Under the pieces are notes generated by a model. The model searched no databases, was not told where the DNA came from, and worked only from the letters and a program-made list of their open reading frames with translations. The position numbers and the translations under genes were made by a program. Source: Octopus bimaculoides (Eukaryota). Taken from it: DNA of 63,858 bases. This document shows, piece by piece, positions 14,191 through 27,489 of this stretch (positions are counted from its first letter, which is position 1; each line of letters starts with the position of its first letter). The stretch lies in contig NC_068982.1 of the NCBI RefSeq assembly GCF_001194135.2, forward strand, positions 132,206,330 through 132,270,187. The letters are read 5' to 3'.

Positions 14191-14337
14191 TTAGTACTTA
14201 TGTTCAAAAAGTAAATCTATACCATTTATGAAGTTTTCAAATGGCCGACTATTAAGTGGGGTAACTGCATAATCAACTAGTATTGTTTCTATTAGCGCCG
14301 AAATGTCAAGGTACTTAATTCGAGCCTGTTCGCCTTG
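14191..14337 (-). CDS. Candidate terminal cyclin exon: QGEQARIKYLDISALIETILVDYAVTPLNSRPFENFINGIDLLFEHKY*
   Basis: Acceptor atatatttgtag, phase 0, open for 48 codons to TAA. ARIKY resembles the A/I-R-x-KY motif near cyclin C-termini. The acceptor is modest and competing candidates exist. Confidence 0.35.
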   Translation of the reverse strand, partial: QGEQARIKYLDISALIETILVDYAVTPLNSRPFENFINGIDLLFEHKY

Positions 14338-15905
14338 CTACAAATATATATCATTAAATGGCTCATTCAGTGCTGAATGGAGGTGATGTGTGAACAGCCA
14401 AGTGTGCATATATTATACTGTTCAACGCTTTATATAATTTACCAACACCATTATAATCAGTTTCTTCCAATCACCCCTATCTTCTTTAAAATGATGTGCC
14501 TAAATTAGTTATAAAAAAGACGAGATGGTCACGACAGTAACATCATTGATCATGTATATGCTCGATGAAGAATAACTTTGAGCTAAGAACAACACTATTT
14601 AAATGTCCGTGTACTGTGCAATTAAATCAGCTTTGAAAGTAGCAGCACATTAGTATTAATCCTCGCAGAAATCTCTATGGTAGACTGAAATACTAAGTTT
14701 TGCTAGATACATAAAAGGAGGGTAAGTTTTAGGACATATGATGCATCGTAAGTTATGATTATTGGTAAAAGAAACAGAAAACCACTAAAACTATGCAAGA
14801 AAATATTCAGTTAAAATATTCGAAATGAATTAGCCATAATTTTAATAGATAGATCCGATAAGTGTTAGGAAAGTTAGTGAACTGTTGAGATTATCACAGC
14901 CATAATTCTTCAAATCTGCCAAAAGCTTGCAATATTGAACAAACATGAAATTGAAAAGTAAATATGTTCAACTGAAAGTTCCTGAATTTGACTATTGACT
15001 GCAAATATAAATGTCGCCAGAAAAGAATATCTAATTATGTAACCCATAGACTTGATGCTCAGACTTTTAGTGAAGAACCATCAAAACATTGCCCATAAAT
15101 ACGTTCAACTCGTACAGAGAATCATGAACAGAAAAAATATTGGCTTAATACAGGGCAAAGCCTGGATTTAAGCCAAACCATCTTATTTTATCATTAGCTA
15201 TTTATATATTCGAAACTTGTATGTAAATGAAATTGCTTTCGAGGTATCAGACCATCTCTAGACATCAAGAGATACAATCAAGAAGTAAATCTCAACAGTT
15301 TAACAGCACATTTACTCAGTCATTTCGCTTCAACAAACAACTAATGAAACGTGTGAGAAGTTTTGAGTATTTGAAGAGTAGTCTTCTAATGACATAGTTC
15401 ATTTTTCTTTAAAATAGCTTTCAAATCATCTGAGAAATGTTGCTGGGGAGACGGCGTCCTATCTAAGTAGGCATTTATAGTTTATTCCTTTAATGTCGGT
15501 TCTTAAGGGATATTTAGTATTACTAAGGCAATTATATATTTTAATCAACTTGCGACTATAACTTTATATGTTGCAAGAGACTATAGAAAAGGAGTCAAGG
15601 TTTTATTACTAAGTGTTTTCAACATTAACTTTTATCAATATTCCGGCGCCATTACAATATTACTTTAGTTTCAGCAAAGTACTCTAAGCATAGACTGGAA
15701 AACAAAATTGAAAAATTACTAAATAATTCAGAAAAAAATCTGATACGTCTGAATATGTGTGTGCGTGTACGTTATGTATATGAGCATGTACGTCTACATA
15801 ATACACTATATGTGAGTGGGTGTGCTCGCGTTTGAAAACAATAAATTTACTCTAATGTCAGACGTGTAAATAAGGTCAAATTCAGTGTAAATTATGAAAA
15901 TTTAT

Positions 15906-15938
<33 letters not shown>

Positions 15939-15953
15939 NNNNNNNNNNNNNNN
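15939..15953. other. Assembly gap (N)
   Basis: N run between (AT)n and (CA)n. Confidence 0.99.
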
Positions 15954-15986
<33 letters not shown>

Positions 15987-16339
15987 ATTGATTTTCTTTT
16001 ATCAGATATCTGTCTCGGAGGTATATAGTTGATTGTGAAAGTTGATGGTAGAGTTAGTTCTCGAAATTGATCTATGTGGAAATTTCGGATCAGCGTTCAA
16101 TATTTACTTCCACCTCCCCACGATAAATGTTAATATCTTAAAACCCATATGGATAAATAGTTGTAATTTATTCAGTGAACTATTTTACTCTCACACAGTT
16201 CGACCCTCACCTAACATCAATCACATTTCGGGAATTGAACAACTCGCGTAAAATTCTCAGAGTAATTAGAAAGGTTACATGTGCTTTGCTTAAGTGCTTA
16301 TCTACTGATCCACAATAAAAAATATACTGAATGACTTAC

Positions 16340-16582
16340 CTGATATTCAGATATTTCGACATCAAGTAGCTTCGTTGCTAATTTTTTAACGCAAGAATCC
16401 AACTGAAACCGTTTATAGCCAGTATAATAAGTTAACCCAGGCGTCCATGCTTCTTTTATGTTCGGTTTCAAAACGTATCGAGAAAGTAATAAAGCGGACG
16501 CTGTAATTTCTGAAGATCGATAAACCACGAATTCGTGATCCACTAGGGCCAAGTTCATCAAATATTTACAAAGGTCCTCGAC
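16340..16582 (-). CDS. Cyclin C-terminal domain exon: VEDLCKYLMNLALVDHEFVVYRSSEITASALLLSRYVLKPNIKEAWTPGLTYYTGYKRFQLDSCVKKLATKLLDVEISEYQ
   Basis: Acceptor tttattctgtttcatag, donor CAG|gtaagt, 243 nt, phase 0-0. KYLM-x-L-x-L-x-D, S-x-I-x-A-x-AL and WTP-x-L-xx-Y-x-GY are features of the second cyclin fold. Overlaps ORF-track entry 16298..16561. Confidence 0.93.
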
Positions 16583-19500
16583 CTATGAAACAGAATAAAT
16601 TTGTCAGAAATCTAAAATATAATTGATGAGAATGAGAATTTCATTAATATTTTGTTTTAATTTCTTGCGATAGATAAAATATTTAAAACGGATTCGTCAT
16701 TTCTAAACAAAGTTCTTGATTATTAAAATGGTTCTCAAATTTCAATGAAGAAAGGTTATATTTCTATTTCTAATACTAAATCAACTCATCGTGTATTAAA
16801 ATAAAAGTTGACTCTAGACAAGGAGCGGTCGTATTTATACCGAATCAATAAAACAAAATTTGTCCATAAGCCTTAATACATCGTGATTGATGCTATTGCT
16901 TTTATGTGTACCGAGAATCAACCAGGAATTGAACAAGTGTCGTAATTTTCATTTGCCAAGAGATTACTGCTATTCTTAGAAACTTTGGCGTATTACTGTT
17001 TATTGCTTTTTTTCCCCTTTATAAACAAAGTTCTTTTATGCAGATATAGAAAAGACTTGAAAGAGATTAATATGACGAGTTATGTCTTGTTACCACATTA
17101 GCATAATTCCCCCGGTAAACATAACTTGTGTTCACAATTTTTTACATATTTATGCGTTGATATTTGTCTGTTATCTTTGGAGAGATAGACCACTTCAGTA
17201 ATACAGATTCCACCTCAACAACAATACAGATTCTACCTCACTCCACATGCACACACAGGATAGCATCGCATATTTATAAAAAACACTTTAAAATGTATTT
17301 ACTGCTCAATTCTAGTTTAGCAATCATTAAAAGAAATTGTTTTAAATTTGTTGCGATTAGTAAGTCCAATGTGGGTTTCTCAGAAACTAACTGAACAAAT
17401 TAGTCAAAGTCATATTCGTGATTAAATCTGATATAACATTAGGAGGCAGAATCAAAACGAAATATAAATACTCAAGCCCACGAATCATAATGAATTCAGA
17501 TTTACTATTAAGGTATAAAATTGTTTATGTGGGCGTTAATATACATCAAATTTATAATATTCTGGTAATTACATCGAGAGTTCGTCTTTGTTGACATAGC
17601 TTCAGTTTCTACTAGTATCTCGCTATTTATCATCTCCCACGTAGGGTTAGCATATCTTCCCCACCAAAATCATTTACAGCTTAAAAACAACACACATTTA
17701 GCGTTAAATCTAAGTTTTCTCATCACTAGTAATAGGTTATCGTAATACAAAACTAGACATGTTTCATGTTCAATAAGAAAGAAAATGGGAGTTTGTGACA
17801 TCCATACTTTTAAATAAAACCTTTAACGATGAAAGCTAAGTGGAAATTGTTTCAAACAGAAATCGAAGCTTTTCCTGTAAAAACAATTTCTATTAAGCTT
17901 TCTAGACATCTTTATACATTGTTTACACCTTATGAATTAAATATTGTTTTTGTTAGATTTTTTACCGGATATAAAGGTCATACATTTTTGAGAAAAGGAA
18001 TCAATAAGTGTAACAATTTAACTTTTATATAACTTTGGTAATCATTAATGGCTTCAGGCAAAGCGACATAGCTCAATTCAAAAGTGGACGTGTGTGGCAT
18101 TTGTCAGATTGCCGTACGCCATTCTTTATGCAATAAAATATATTTTTTAAGTGTTTTTGAAAAATGAGGTTGTTTAATAAGTCGTTAAAATGTGTAACCG
18201 GATGGATTCTCTTGTTATAAGTTATATAAAAGATACGTCTTTATTCTTCTTTCTCTAAAATATAGTCTTTGTATCCAGTCAGAAACAAGCCAATATTTAA
18301 TTCGTAAAGTGTAAATAAAGTACCGATAAGAGACAAGTAACTGTAAAGACTTACTACCTGGGAAGTTTACTAAAAGGTTGGATATTTGATTTATCTACTT
18401 CAGTAAAATCAATGTACAATCGATTCAGGAGATATTTGAACCCGGAATTTAACAGGATGAAATTAAACACAGTACTATGTAGTCTTAGAAATACAAAAAC
18501 ACGAGACTGTCATGGATGTAACATTTTGATTATATGTCTGTTCAATCACAGATAATAAGTGGCTAAACAACTGTTAAAAAATCTCAAGCTCAACTAGTAG
18601 CAGGTTTTTTTTTAGTGGTTTCTCATACAATATGAAATATAGCTGGATCAGTGTACATTCAACAGTATAAGGCTGGCGTACTTTCCACTAGATTTGATCT
18701 TAAAGTTACTGAGAGACCACCGTTCTCCAAATGTGGTCTCAGAGTTTTCAATGCGATGTTTTCGGGCAAGAAATTGAAAGGTCAAAAAGTTTTGAGAATA
18801 ATCGTTATGAAATATTTTATATTACCGCTTCGTTGTTTATTAATTTCTTACACTGATTCTATGGAATTCTAATTCATAATGATGAAACGAATTACTAATG
18901 CAATTAGTTCAGTTTTCTTGTCTTGACCATCTGATACTTGACTGTCAGATAAAATACGAAAGATAAATAAGCAAGATTTAATATCACCAAACCACGCACA
19001 CGCCTCCATACACTGTATATGACACCATGTGAGACATAATATTTTTTCATATCCACATAAAAAAAGATATGCGAGTAACAATATTCATTCTTGCTAGATA
19101 TTTTCTGAACGGATTAATCTATGCATTTCTTTATTGTATCCTTTCATAAACTACATGTTTTCAAATTTAAACAGCTTTCCCTAAACTAATTTGCTTTTGA
19201 ACATAATTTAATGTTACTGTTTACATAAATGTGAAAACAAATGTTTTAAAATGTTTTTTATTAATTTCCTCAATAAAAAAAAACAGTTCTAATGATCCGT
19301 GAACGATGGCTGGAATATTTTCGTGTAGCAGCAATGCTATTTCATACATGCAAACAATACTCCAATAAGGAGTTGCTTTCAGTTTTGCTGAGAGTGAGCT
19401 AATCCAGCGATTATATACGCAAGATTTTATAGAATTCATACTTAAGAAACTTAGAGTTTATCGTACCAAACTGACTAGAAGCCAGTTCTGAAGCACACTG

Positions 19501-22500
19501 CTTGTAAGTATTCGAAGTAACCGAAGTTATTGCTGTTTAGATTCCGGTCAGCTCCGATTAATTACACCTTTGATCAGGTATAATGCATCTAGAACTACGT
19601 TACGTATCTTCTTTTTAAGAGGGCAGAAAGTTACAAGAGATTTGTCTATTGTCACTAGTCAGCTTAGTTGGAGTGTGTCCAAATAAATTTTCGAGCTTAG
19701 AAACTGTGTGAATATAGTACTGATGTAGCTAATACGGTAGTTTCATCAACAATCGTGCTATATACAGAGTATTCTTAGTTGAGCAGTGGCGGATAAGAGA
19801 ATTTGGATAAGTAGAGATCCTCTAAACAAGTTACCAGGTTGTCACCGCGTATAAATTTAAGAGGCGAGAACATTAAGGATATGCAATGCCTTAAGACATC
19901 TTTCTTGGCGCTAAAAACGTTGCTAATGGTGATCGTTTCTTGGACGGTGATAAGCCACTCTTTATGTAGTGTCCCCTTTATAGCTACTTTACAATTTACC
20001 TGTAACACGTTCAAAAGTTCAGGATTGAGATCTTGGACTGTTAGAGATGTAGAGACATGCCTAGAATGAGTTATCAGCCAGCATAGGTCAAAGTTGAAGC
20101 GCCTATGTCGCTAGAGGTTGTCAGCCCGAAATTGGCAGAGCTTTAAACATCAAGAATATAAATTTAATCCCCTTTGATACAACCCCCAAACCATGTCTAC
20201 AAAATAATATTAATTGAACACGTCATGATTCCTCGTAGGTTAAGAGGTGTGAGGAGGGAACATCCTGTGATATTAGGTTAACTTTTAGGTTTCTAAGCGT
20301 TAGAAAGTGCTTTGGTCAAAGACATTATACGAATACTAATTAAGACTGCGCCTGAATGGCTAAAAATTCGACCTCTACACTGAAATTAATTCGTACATTG
20401 AAATAATTGAAAATATTTTAAAAGAGCTAAGTTGAAATAGGCTTCTTCAATGTACAATGATAGTTAATCGAACTGCTGTTATTGAATAGGGGGTTTTACT
20501 TAGCGGTGTACGCAGCAAATGAATTCACAGGAATACGAAAGAGACTATGTCTCGGTAATTAACAGATTTTGATAAGCAAGAGTAGATCTTATGTAAATAT
20601 ATGGACGAAAGGTTTATGTCTAAAGATTCATACGTGTGCTATATGTATAATTAGAAAGAATGGATGGAATAGGAAGAATTTCCCAGGAGAGTGTTTTTCA
20701 ATTTTCTATGTGACTTCGCCACATTTGTGACTATTTACTTGTTGATGAAGACAGACGAGTAAATTCTTATGGTTGCAGTTAACCTCTACACCTATTCACC
20801 AGGCATCCCAGGTGCAGGCTAATGGATTTATTTAATAGTCTCAAAATTGATCAATGTGGATGACCCAGAATCAGTAGGAAACGACATTTTTCACTAATGG
20901 ACAACTTCTTAAAATGCTTTTTGCGGATTCAGGTAAAATCTGGTGGTCGACCTTCATTTGGAACTGGTACGCTCATCGATGTATGAACATTACCAATATT
21001 TAAGCTCAAATATGCATCTGATCCGAGGGACGCAGCGTATCCGATGGTAAGAAATCGGAATTAAATCAGGCAATATGTTTATACTTACCACACTACAAAA
21101 ATGAGAGTTGTGATACGTTCATCGTAACACTATTAGTAAAAGAATGTCAGGACTACCAACCACCCTAGATTGGTTAGTTTTATTTCAGAATGTCTAAACT
21201 CCTAAACAATCTGCATTAATTTTGGCTGTGTAACTTTTATTCATTTTTAAGTAGATTTTTTATGTGAAGATTGGAAATTTAACATAAAGTAAAGGTAATA
21301 AAACAAAGAGAGAGAAAAGGTGAAAGAGTCATCGAATAGAAAAAGCAAACCCCCAGCAGAAGAGCCTATGGGTATAGAGTTTGTATAGAGATTCAAAAAT
21401 AAATTCAAAGGAAAAATATGTCAGAACAGAAGGGAACAATGTGCATGAGAAACTGAGAGGAGAACGAGATAGCAAAATAAAATGGAGGCAAATTTTCAAA
21501 AATTAACGGGTAAACTTTTGGGAATTGAGTTGAGTTGGGTATAACAGATTTTAACTGTTAAACCAGATCAGTTCTGAACAAGCAGACCTGTTATTAAAAG
21601 CATTCCAGCCATGATAATCTCATTTGTTAACACACACTATGAAATTAATAGTCTGAGAAATCTGATATTGTAGTCGCCAAAATATAATGATGTTTATCAT
21701 TAACTAATTTCCGATATTAATGACATCAATCTCAGTCAATTTTCTATATAAATAAGTCTTATTACAATAAAAGTGAACCCTTATTTCAGTGATTTTCTTC
21801 CAGAGACGATGTGTAAACAGACTAGATTTATCTTTTTTTTTAATAACAAACAAAAGTGATCTAAGTATATTTACGTGTATGACGAATATTTGTTTCAGAA
21901 AATAGTTCGTCTTTATGATATAAGTTTTATGTAATTAATATTTATTATTTTTAATACCATATTTATCAAATACTTTGTCCTGTAAGTGGTTAATCAGACG
22001 ATCGAAACTAAAGGTTATAAAATTTAGCTTGTAACTGTTACCATTAGATATAGTACAACAAAAATTCATGATACGTGTAAAATAACTGAGTCACAGTTTA
22101 AAGACCTTAGCAACAGGTTTCTTTCAGTAAAAAAAAGAAATAATTTTGCTCATTAAACAAAACGCTCTGGAGCTATCGCAGCTTAAAACGGTTTCGAAAT
22201 ATAGCAAAAACTACATGACATGCAATTTGGCTAATAATGGGTAGGGACTGTGATATTAAACACCTGTGTTTCAAAACTCGGTGCATATATTAACTAAAAC
22301 ATCACGTGTTTTACGTGACTTTATAAAAAAGGAGTTTATCTGTATAAAATATTCTTTAGAGTGTAGTTTTTAACAAACATTTCATGCACAAAAGTCGGGA
22401 TGGTCAAAAGAAAAAGAATTACTAAATTAATCTAGATATACACAAATGAACTATTTCAAGTTCTGTAAGAAATGCAGTAAACTAATTTGATTTCTTGTCA

Positions 22501-23595
22501 CTTAGCTAAACTGCATTTTTAGAGCAACCAGTTCAATACCCAAATTAATTATATATTCAAATATCCTATGCAAATCAGCTAATTATATATTAAAATATAA
22601 TAGGAAATTAGGCGCAAGATTTTTTTTTTCAAATTTTTCACTGGGTTACACCCCTTGATAAGCCTTGTATAAGTATGATCCTTTTAGAAAATAATTGTGT
22701 CAGACAATGTTATGTCTCGATTTTAATTAAATATACACAAATGTTATCTCGACTATCTCTTTTCAGCCGTTTCCTTGTGTTTTATACACGTTATACAGAA
22801 AGCCTTATCAAACAGCATGAACTTTGTAGATTCGACATAGATGTCCAGTTTTAGGTGTGTCTCTTTTTTTCCCCTTAATTTGTCAAATCATACTGGATAA
22901 TTCAAATGATGGTTGTAAGCATAGAATTAAGCTATTTTTGAAATCTAGACATATGATAATGGATAAAAAGGCCTGTACCGTTACTTAAATGGCGTACAGA
23001 TCCGTTGAGTGTATTGTATTTTTCTATGGGTGAGTTTTATTGCAAAATCTAAAGCAGTTGCTCAGTATGCATTCCCAATACGGGAAATTAAATTTCTTTC
23101 CGAGTTACATAAAAAAAATGGCCAAGATTGTAAATGGTAAAAATAACACTTCTGCACAAGTCACTCCTTTCAAAATTTGCTACAATATTAAGGAATACAC
23201 AATCCGTGAATAGAGAAAAATGAATAAATTTTTATCTGCCTTTTCTTTGACGAAAAAAGAAATCACCCATTTATAAAAACATATTTTGATTAGTTATGCA
23301 CATATCACTATACCTTAAAGTGAAAACTATTGTGATATAATTTATAAATTAATGCAATCGTATAATTCATCGTATAAGAAAATAGGGAAGAGTTAAAATG
23401 TGATCCACTTTAGAACTGAAATTTTCAAATTAATCAATCAATATTGAATATTACAATATAAACAAAATAGATCTAACGAAAATCTTTATGGTTAGCAATT
23501 AAGATCCTCGTGAAAATATTCATTACTTAACAGAAATACACACCTGCGAAAATACTCATAAAATTCGTAAGCGTAAAGAAAATAAGGTTACATAC

Positions 23596-23754
23596 TTCTC
23601 TCTTATGTAATTCAGCCAGTAAAAATCTTCCCAAGAAGACGATTGGCGTTGGTATTGATAATTCAAAATTCATCACTGCTAGAACAAACAATTCTGTTGA
23701 GAGCAATTGCTGTTTGCTGTAAGAGTTATCTGTCAGATAAATGAGCTGAGAGAC
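23596..23754 (-). CDS. Cyclin box exon 3: VSQLIYLTDNSYSKQQLLSTELFVLAVMNFELSIPTPIVFLGRFLLAELHKRE
   Basis: Acceptor ttaattgaattccag, donor GAA|gtatgt, 159 nt, phase 0-0. Contains the YxTDNxY...E..L..F.L..PT...FL.R pattern. Confidence 0.95.
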
Positions 23755-24026
23755 CTGGAATTCAATTAAACACCTTCATTAGGCATGTGAATTGAGTGTT
23801 GTATTTTGTTTGTATTGTGATTATCGAGAGTATAATTATTTTTATTACTAAATCTTTTGTTAATAATTTCCCAGGTGAATTTCATATATATATGTATATA
23901 CTGTAACTGATTTAATTTCAGGAGCGTGGGTGTATGAATACAAGCAAATACTACGTTTCTGTAGACAATGGCGTAGTAACAATGTTATCTATTACAACAA
24001 TAAAACACGAAAATATAACGACTAAC

Positions 24027-24182
24027 CTTTAAAATGTCTTGTTGGTAAAATTTGGAAGCAAGAAAAAGACATGCAATTCCAAGAAGTTGTAATTTATCCA
24101 GGGGTGTATTTTGAACAGCTAAAAATACATCTATGAGCTTCACTGTGAGCATTAAAGTTTCTTCGCAGAATTTCAGATGAAC
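24027..24182 (-). CDS. Cyclin box exon 2: VHLKFCEETLMLTVKLIDVFLAVQNTPLDKLQLLGIACLFLASKFYQQDILK
   Basis: Acceptor tttttaatgttaatgtctag, donor AAG|gttagt, 156 nt, phase 0-0. Contains the ETL..V..ID.FL and LQLLGxxCLFLASK cyclin-box motifs. Confidence 0.95.
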
Positions 24183-25515
24183 CTAGACATTAACATTAAA
24201 AAAATTGATTTTTCCCAACCTCATAACAAAAAGTCTCATGCTTATGGTCAAATAATAAAATAATGTGATAAATCTTTTACATATAACCCACTCTCTCGAG
24301 ATAGGTCAACAGATAAAACTGTTGCAGTAAATAACGGGAAAAAGAATTCATCACTATTTTCATGGATATGTATGAAATTCTGTCCAAAAGACAATTCTAA
24401 TGTCCCATCATACTTTTTTTGAAATAGAAGTGCTTTTACTCGGAGTTCTTTAGATTCTGAAACTAAAAGCAAAATCAAATTAGAAATTGGGTATATCAGC
24501 ATTAGAACAATGCCAATTTATAGCCCACAGTTGTAGAATATTTGACATGGCAGCCTTAGCATGGATTTGAAATGCAATTTGCGATCATGATTCGTTTTGG
24601 AAGTATTAATAATTTATATCACTGCGTGTGTAGTTAGATGGTGAACAGACCATTTGAAATACCAATTGTCAAGACAAAGAGCTGATTACATATGAAGCTA
24701 CATGGTTTCTTCGAAACTTGTTACAATTGCAATTTAGTTTTATCACTACTCTTTACAGAGACAAAATAATTAACAGAATGGCCAACAACTAATGAATGTA
24801 CTACTTATCAATGTACTTATTGACGGTACATATTTTAATTATGGATGTATTTTAATTATGAATGTATCAGCTTCGCTGATAATATTTGAACCAGGAACAA
24901 AGCGGTATGAATTTGGACATTTCAATGCATCAACACTATGCACATTGATTTGAAGCCATTAATATTGGTGGTAATATTTCATGGTCCAAAATGTTCTAAA
25001 CCTGGTTTTGAATGATTTGTACATAGAACGGATGTTAAACAAGAGGAATCGAGAGCAACAAATGCTCAGATTTAATGTCGAGGTCGTCCGAGGTCGAATA
25101 TTATGGATTTAGTATTTCCGACAGTTTGATGAAGTGAAGCACGATAAAAAGTAAGTATCCTGCACAGAAACTTAACACCAGCAGCAAATTGATATACACG
25201 ACTCATAAACAGATAGTATACTACATTACCAGCTTGAACATCTCACCACCCAATTTAATTCATGGACAACTTGAAAGTTTCATTAGACGAATGAAGTTAA
25301 TGGCAAACTACAAAAAAACTAAAGTCAAATTTTGAAACAAGAAATTTTATCCATTGTAAAATTTCGAGCTCAATTAAAATTTGTACTTTCTTTTAAATTA
25401 AATAAGCTAAATATATAAACCACTGTGCCTACGTAGTTATGTAGTTATATACTGTGCACTATCATTCCAATTAACAGTAAATTGTAAGGAAAATAATCAG
25501 AAATTTTACACCTAC

Positions 25516-25620
25516 TTGTACATTGATAATCCAATCAATCAGAATTCCTCGACTGTTACAGCTTACTTCTCTTTGTCTGCGTAGAAAGTCGGCTCTTAAG
25601 ACCCATTTCTTTTCAATTTC
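25516..25620 (-). CDS. Cyclin box exon 1: EIEKKWVLRADFLRRQREVSCNSRGILIDWIINVQ
   Basis: Acceptor tatttttaaattgtag, donor CAA|gtaggt, 105 nt, phase 0-0. SRGILIDW corresponds to the MRAILxDW helix. Confidence 0.93.
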
Positions 25621-26469
25621 CTACAATTTAAAAATACATAAAAAATTTTCAATAAACTCCAAAACCACATATTGCTTACAATTAACAATAATATGCACCG
25701 AATAGAAATTTGATATTTTTCTTTCAGATCAAACAAAAAGTTTCGAATGTTTTATAGTTTGTAATTTTAATTTCTCTGATTTCAGGATTCGGAAATAACT
25801 CGACTCAAGCTTTAATTCAGCTATCTGATGTTCGTGCATTTAAACAACTATACTCATCATTTGCTGTTGTGATTGAAGTTAATTAAAAACTGTAAATTTC
25901 TGTATATCCGATTAATATTGGTCATTAAAAAACCTGAAGTTCTGATTTGCTAAATTTATGTATTCTCTAGTTTTTTTGTTGTTTTTTTTTTACTATTTTG
26001 TATTCTGGTGGGATCAGTCACAGAATATGAAATGCGAAAAATAGAAAATCTTTTTAGAAGAAATATAAATTTGGAGGCAAAGATTTCATAAGGAAAATCT
26101 GATGGATAGCTTGCACCAGCTCATTAAATCTCTCAGAATAGCGATCATATTCAGTTTTAACTGTACAGATTACACCAATATTATTAAACATTATAAATTT
26201 CGATTACCTTGTTGAACGTAATTATACTGAAATGTTATGCTTATAGTTGACAACTGATAGCAAAGCATTTAGATTATATTATAGCTGTAGTTCGCTATTG
26301 TCAGCAAAATATTTTCCTCCCGACTACTTATGTAAGGTCATAGAAAAGTATCGTTCGCGTTAAATAATGTGATTTTACATAAACAGTATATGTCTATGGA
26401 CATATACTGAGAAATCAAATTCTAGTCGTAAGAATATTGGTTTTTAGCACAATGTCATCAATTTCAGGT

Positions 26470-26563
26470 ACGAGATAAGTCGATAGCATCGACCCCCAGT
26501 GCTCAATTTGTACTTATTTTATCGATCCCGAAAGAATGAAAGGCAAAGTCAACCTTAGTGGAA
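26470..26563 (-). mobile_element. SINE family A fragment
   Basis: gtcgatagcatcgacccccagtgc...gaaaggcaaagtcaacctt core. Confidence 0.75.
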
Positions 26564-27358
26564 TAGAATATTTTAAGAATATAAACTTCAAATGACTATA
26601 ATTTTGAAAAATATGTAGTTGATAATTTTCCTCAGACTAGCTCCCTAAAGTGGGAAGAAAATGGAATTTTTAGCATCTGTTCTCTAAAGCGTTACTAAAA
26701 TATTAGAAAGAGAGAGCTACTGCTGGGCATCGAAAATTGATCGCAGGTTTGCTTCCCAGAAAATTCAGCAATAACAGACTGGTGAATGAAGAAATAATAG
26801 TAAGTTTGTGTCTGTATCTATTTGATACATATGTAACTGTTGTAATTTTGATGTACATTAATATTCCTTAACATTAAAAGTTATCACAACGAACATCGCA
26901 TTCAAAACAGGTAGTCGAGAATATAAATAAAATCACCAAAAAGCTTTTTTTAGTTTTTACTTTTATTTTTGCTTGTCTTTTACACAATTTCTATATGGTC
27001 TTAAATCCAAAAATGTTTTAAAACAAGGTTAAAATATCCATATATTCGTTATAGAGTGCTGCATCATTTTATCATACTCTAATTGGCAAATTTACACCAG
27101 CAGATTATTTGCTATCACTGCTGATTTATATATAGTCTTCAAGAGCATATGTAGTTCTTATGTAGTGGCAAAACTGAATGCCAATTAGGAGTAAATCCTT
27201 CAATTGTCAGATTATGGTCTCTTTCTAAAAGTGTATAATGCCAAAATTGCTTTAGTGAATGATAGAATGAAATGAATTTAACTTTTAGGTTTTACTAGAT
27301 AAGCATAACGTTATAAAAGTAAAAACTGCAAACATTTGGAGAAAAAAATGAAACAAAC

Positions 27359-27489
27359 CTGTAAGTACTGAATGATGTCTTGTGCATATTCGCCACAATT
27401 TGTGAAGTCCGTAACCCCAGTATCGATGTCGGTAACGTTTGGTGGTAAGTTTTTGTCGGTAGAAAAATCTATTTGATGAAATATTGAAA
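27359..27489 (-). CDS. Cyclin exon preceding the cyclin box: SIFHQIDFSTDKNLPPNVTDIDTGVTDFTNCGEYAQDIIQYLQ
   Basis: Contains the P-x-V-x-DID...EYA-x-DI-xx-YL pattern typical of the N-terminal helix of A/B cyclins. Donor CAG|gtttgt is phase 0. The acceptor is ambiguous: exon start 27468 or 27489 (phase 1) or 27505 (phase 0). Confidence 0.85.

Noticed and set aside
17200-17240. 18-bp direct repeat with 23-bp period
   Set aside because: Only two copies; an ordinary local slippage duplication, not a CRISPR-like array.
18651-18872. ORF VYIQQYKAGVLSTRFDLKVTERPP, faintly like the end of an Ig domain
   Set aside because: It lacks the Ig cysteine/tyrosine-corner residues and has weak splice sites.
24520-25150. 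Possible mitochondrial insertion (frequent TGA codons)
   Set aside because: No recognisable mitochondrial protein or rRNA motif when read with the invertebrate mitochondrial code.
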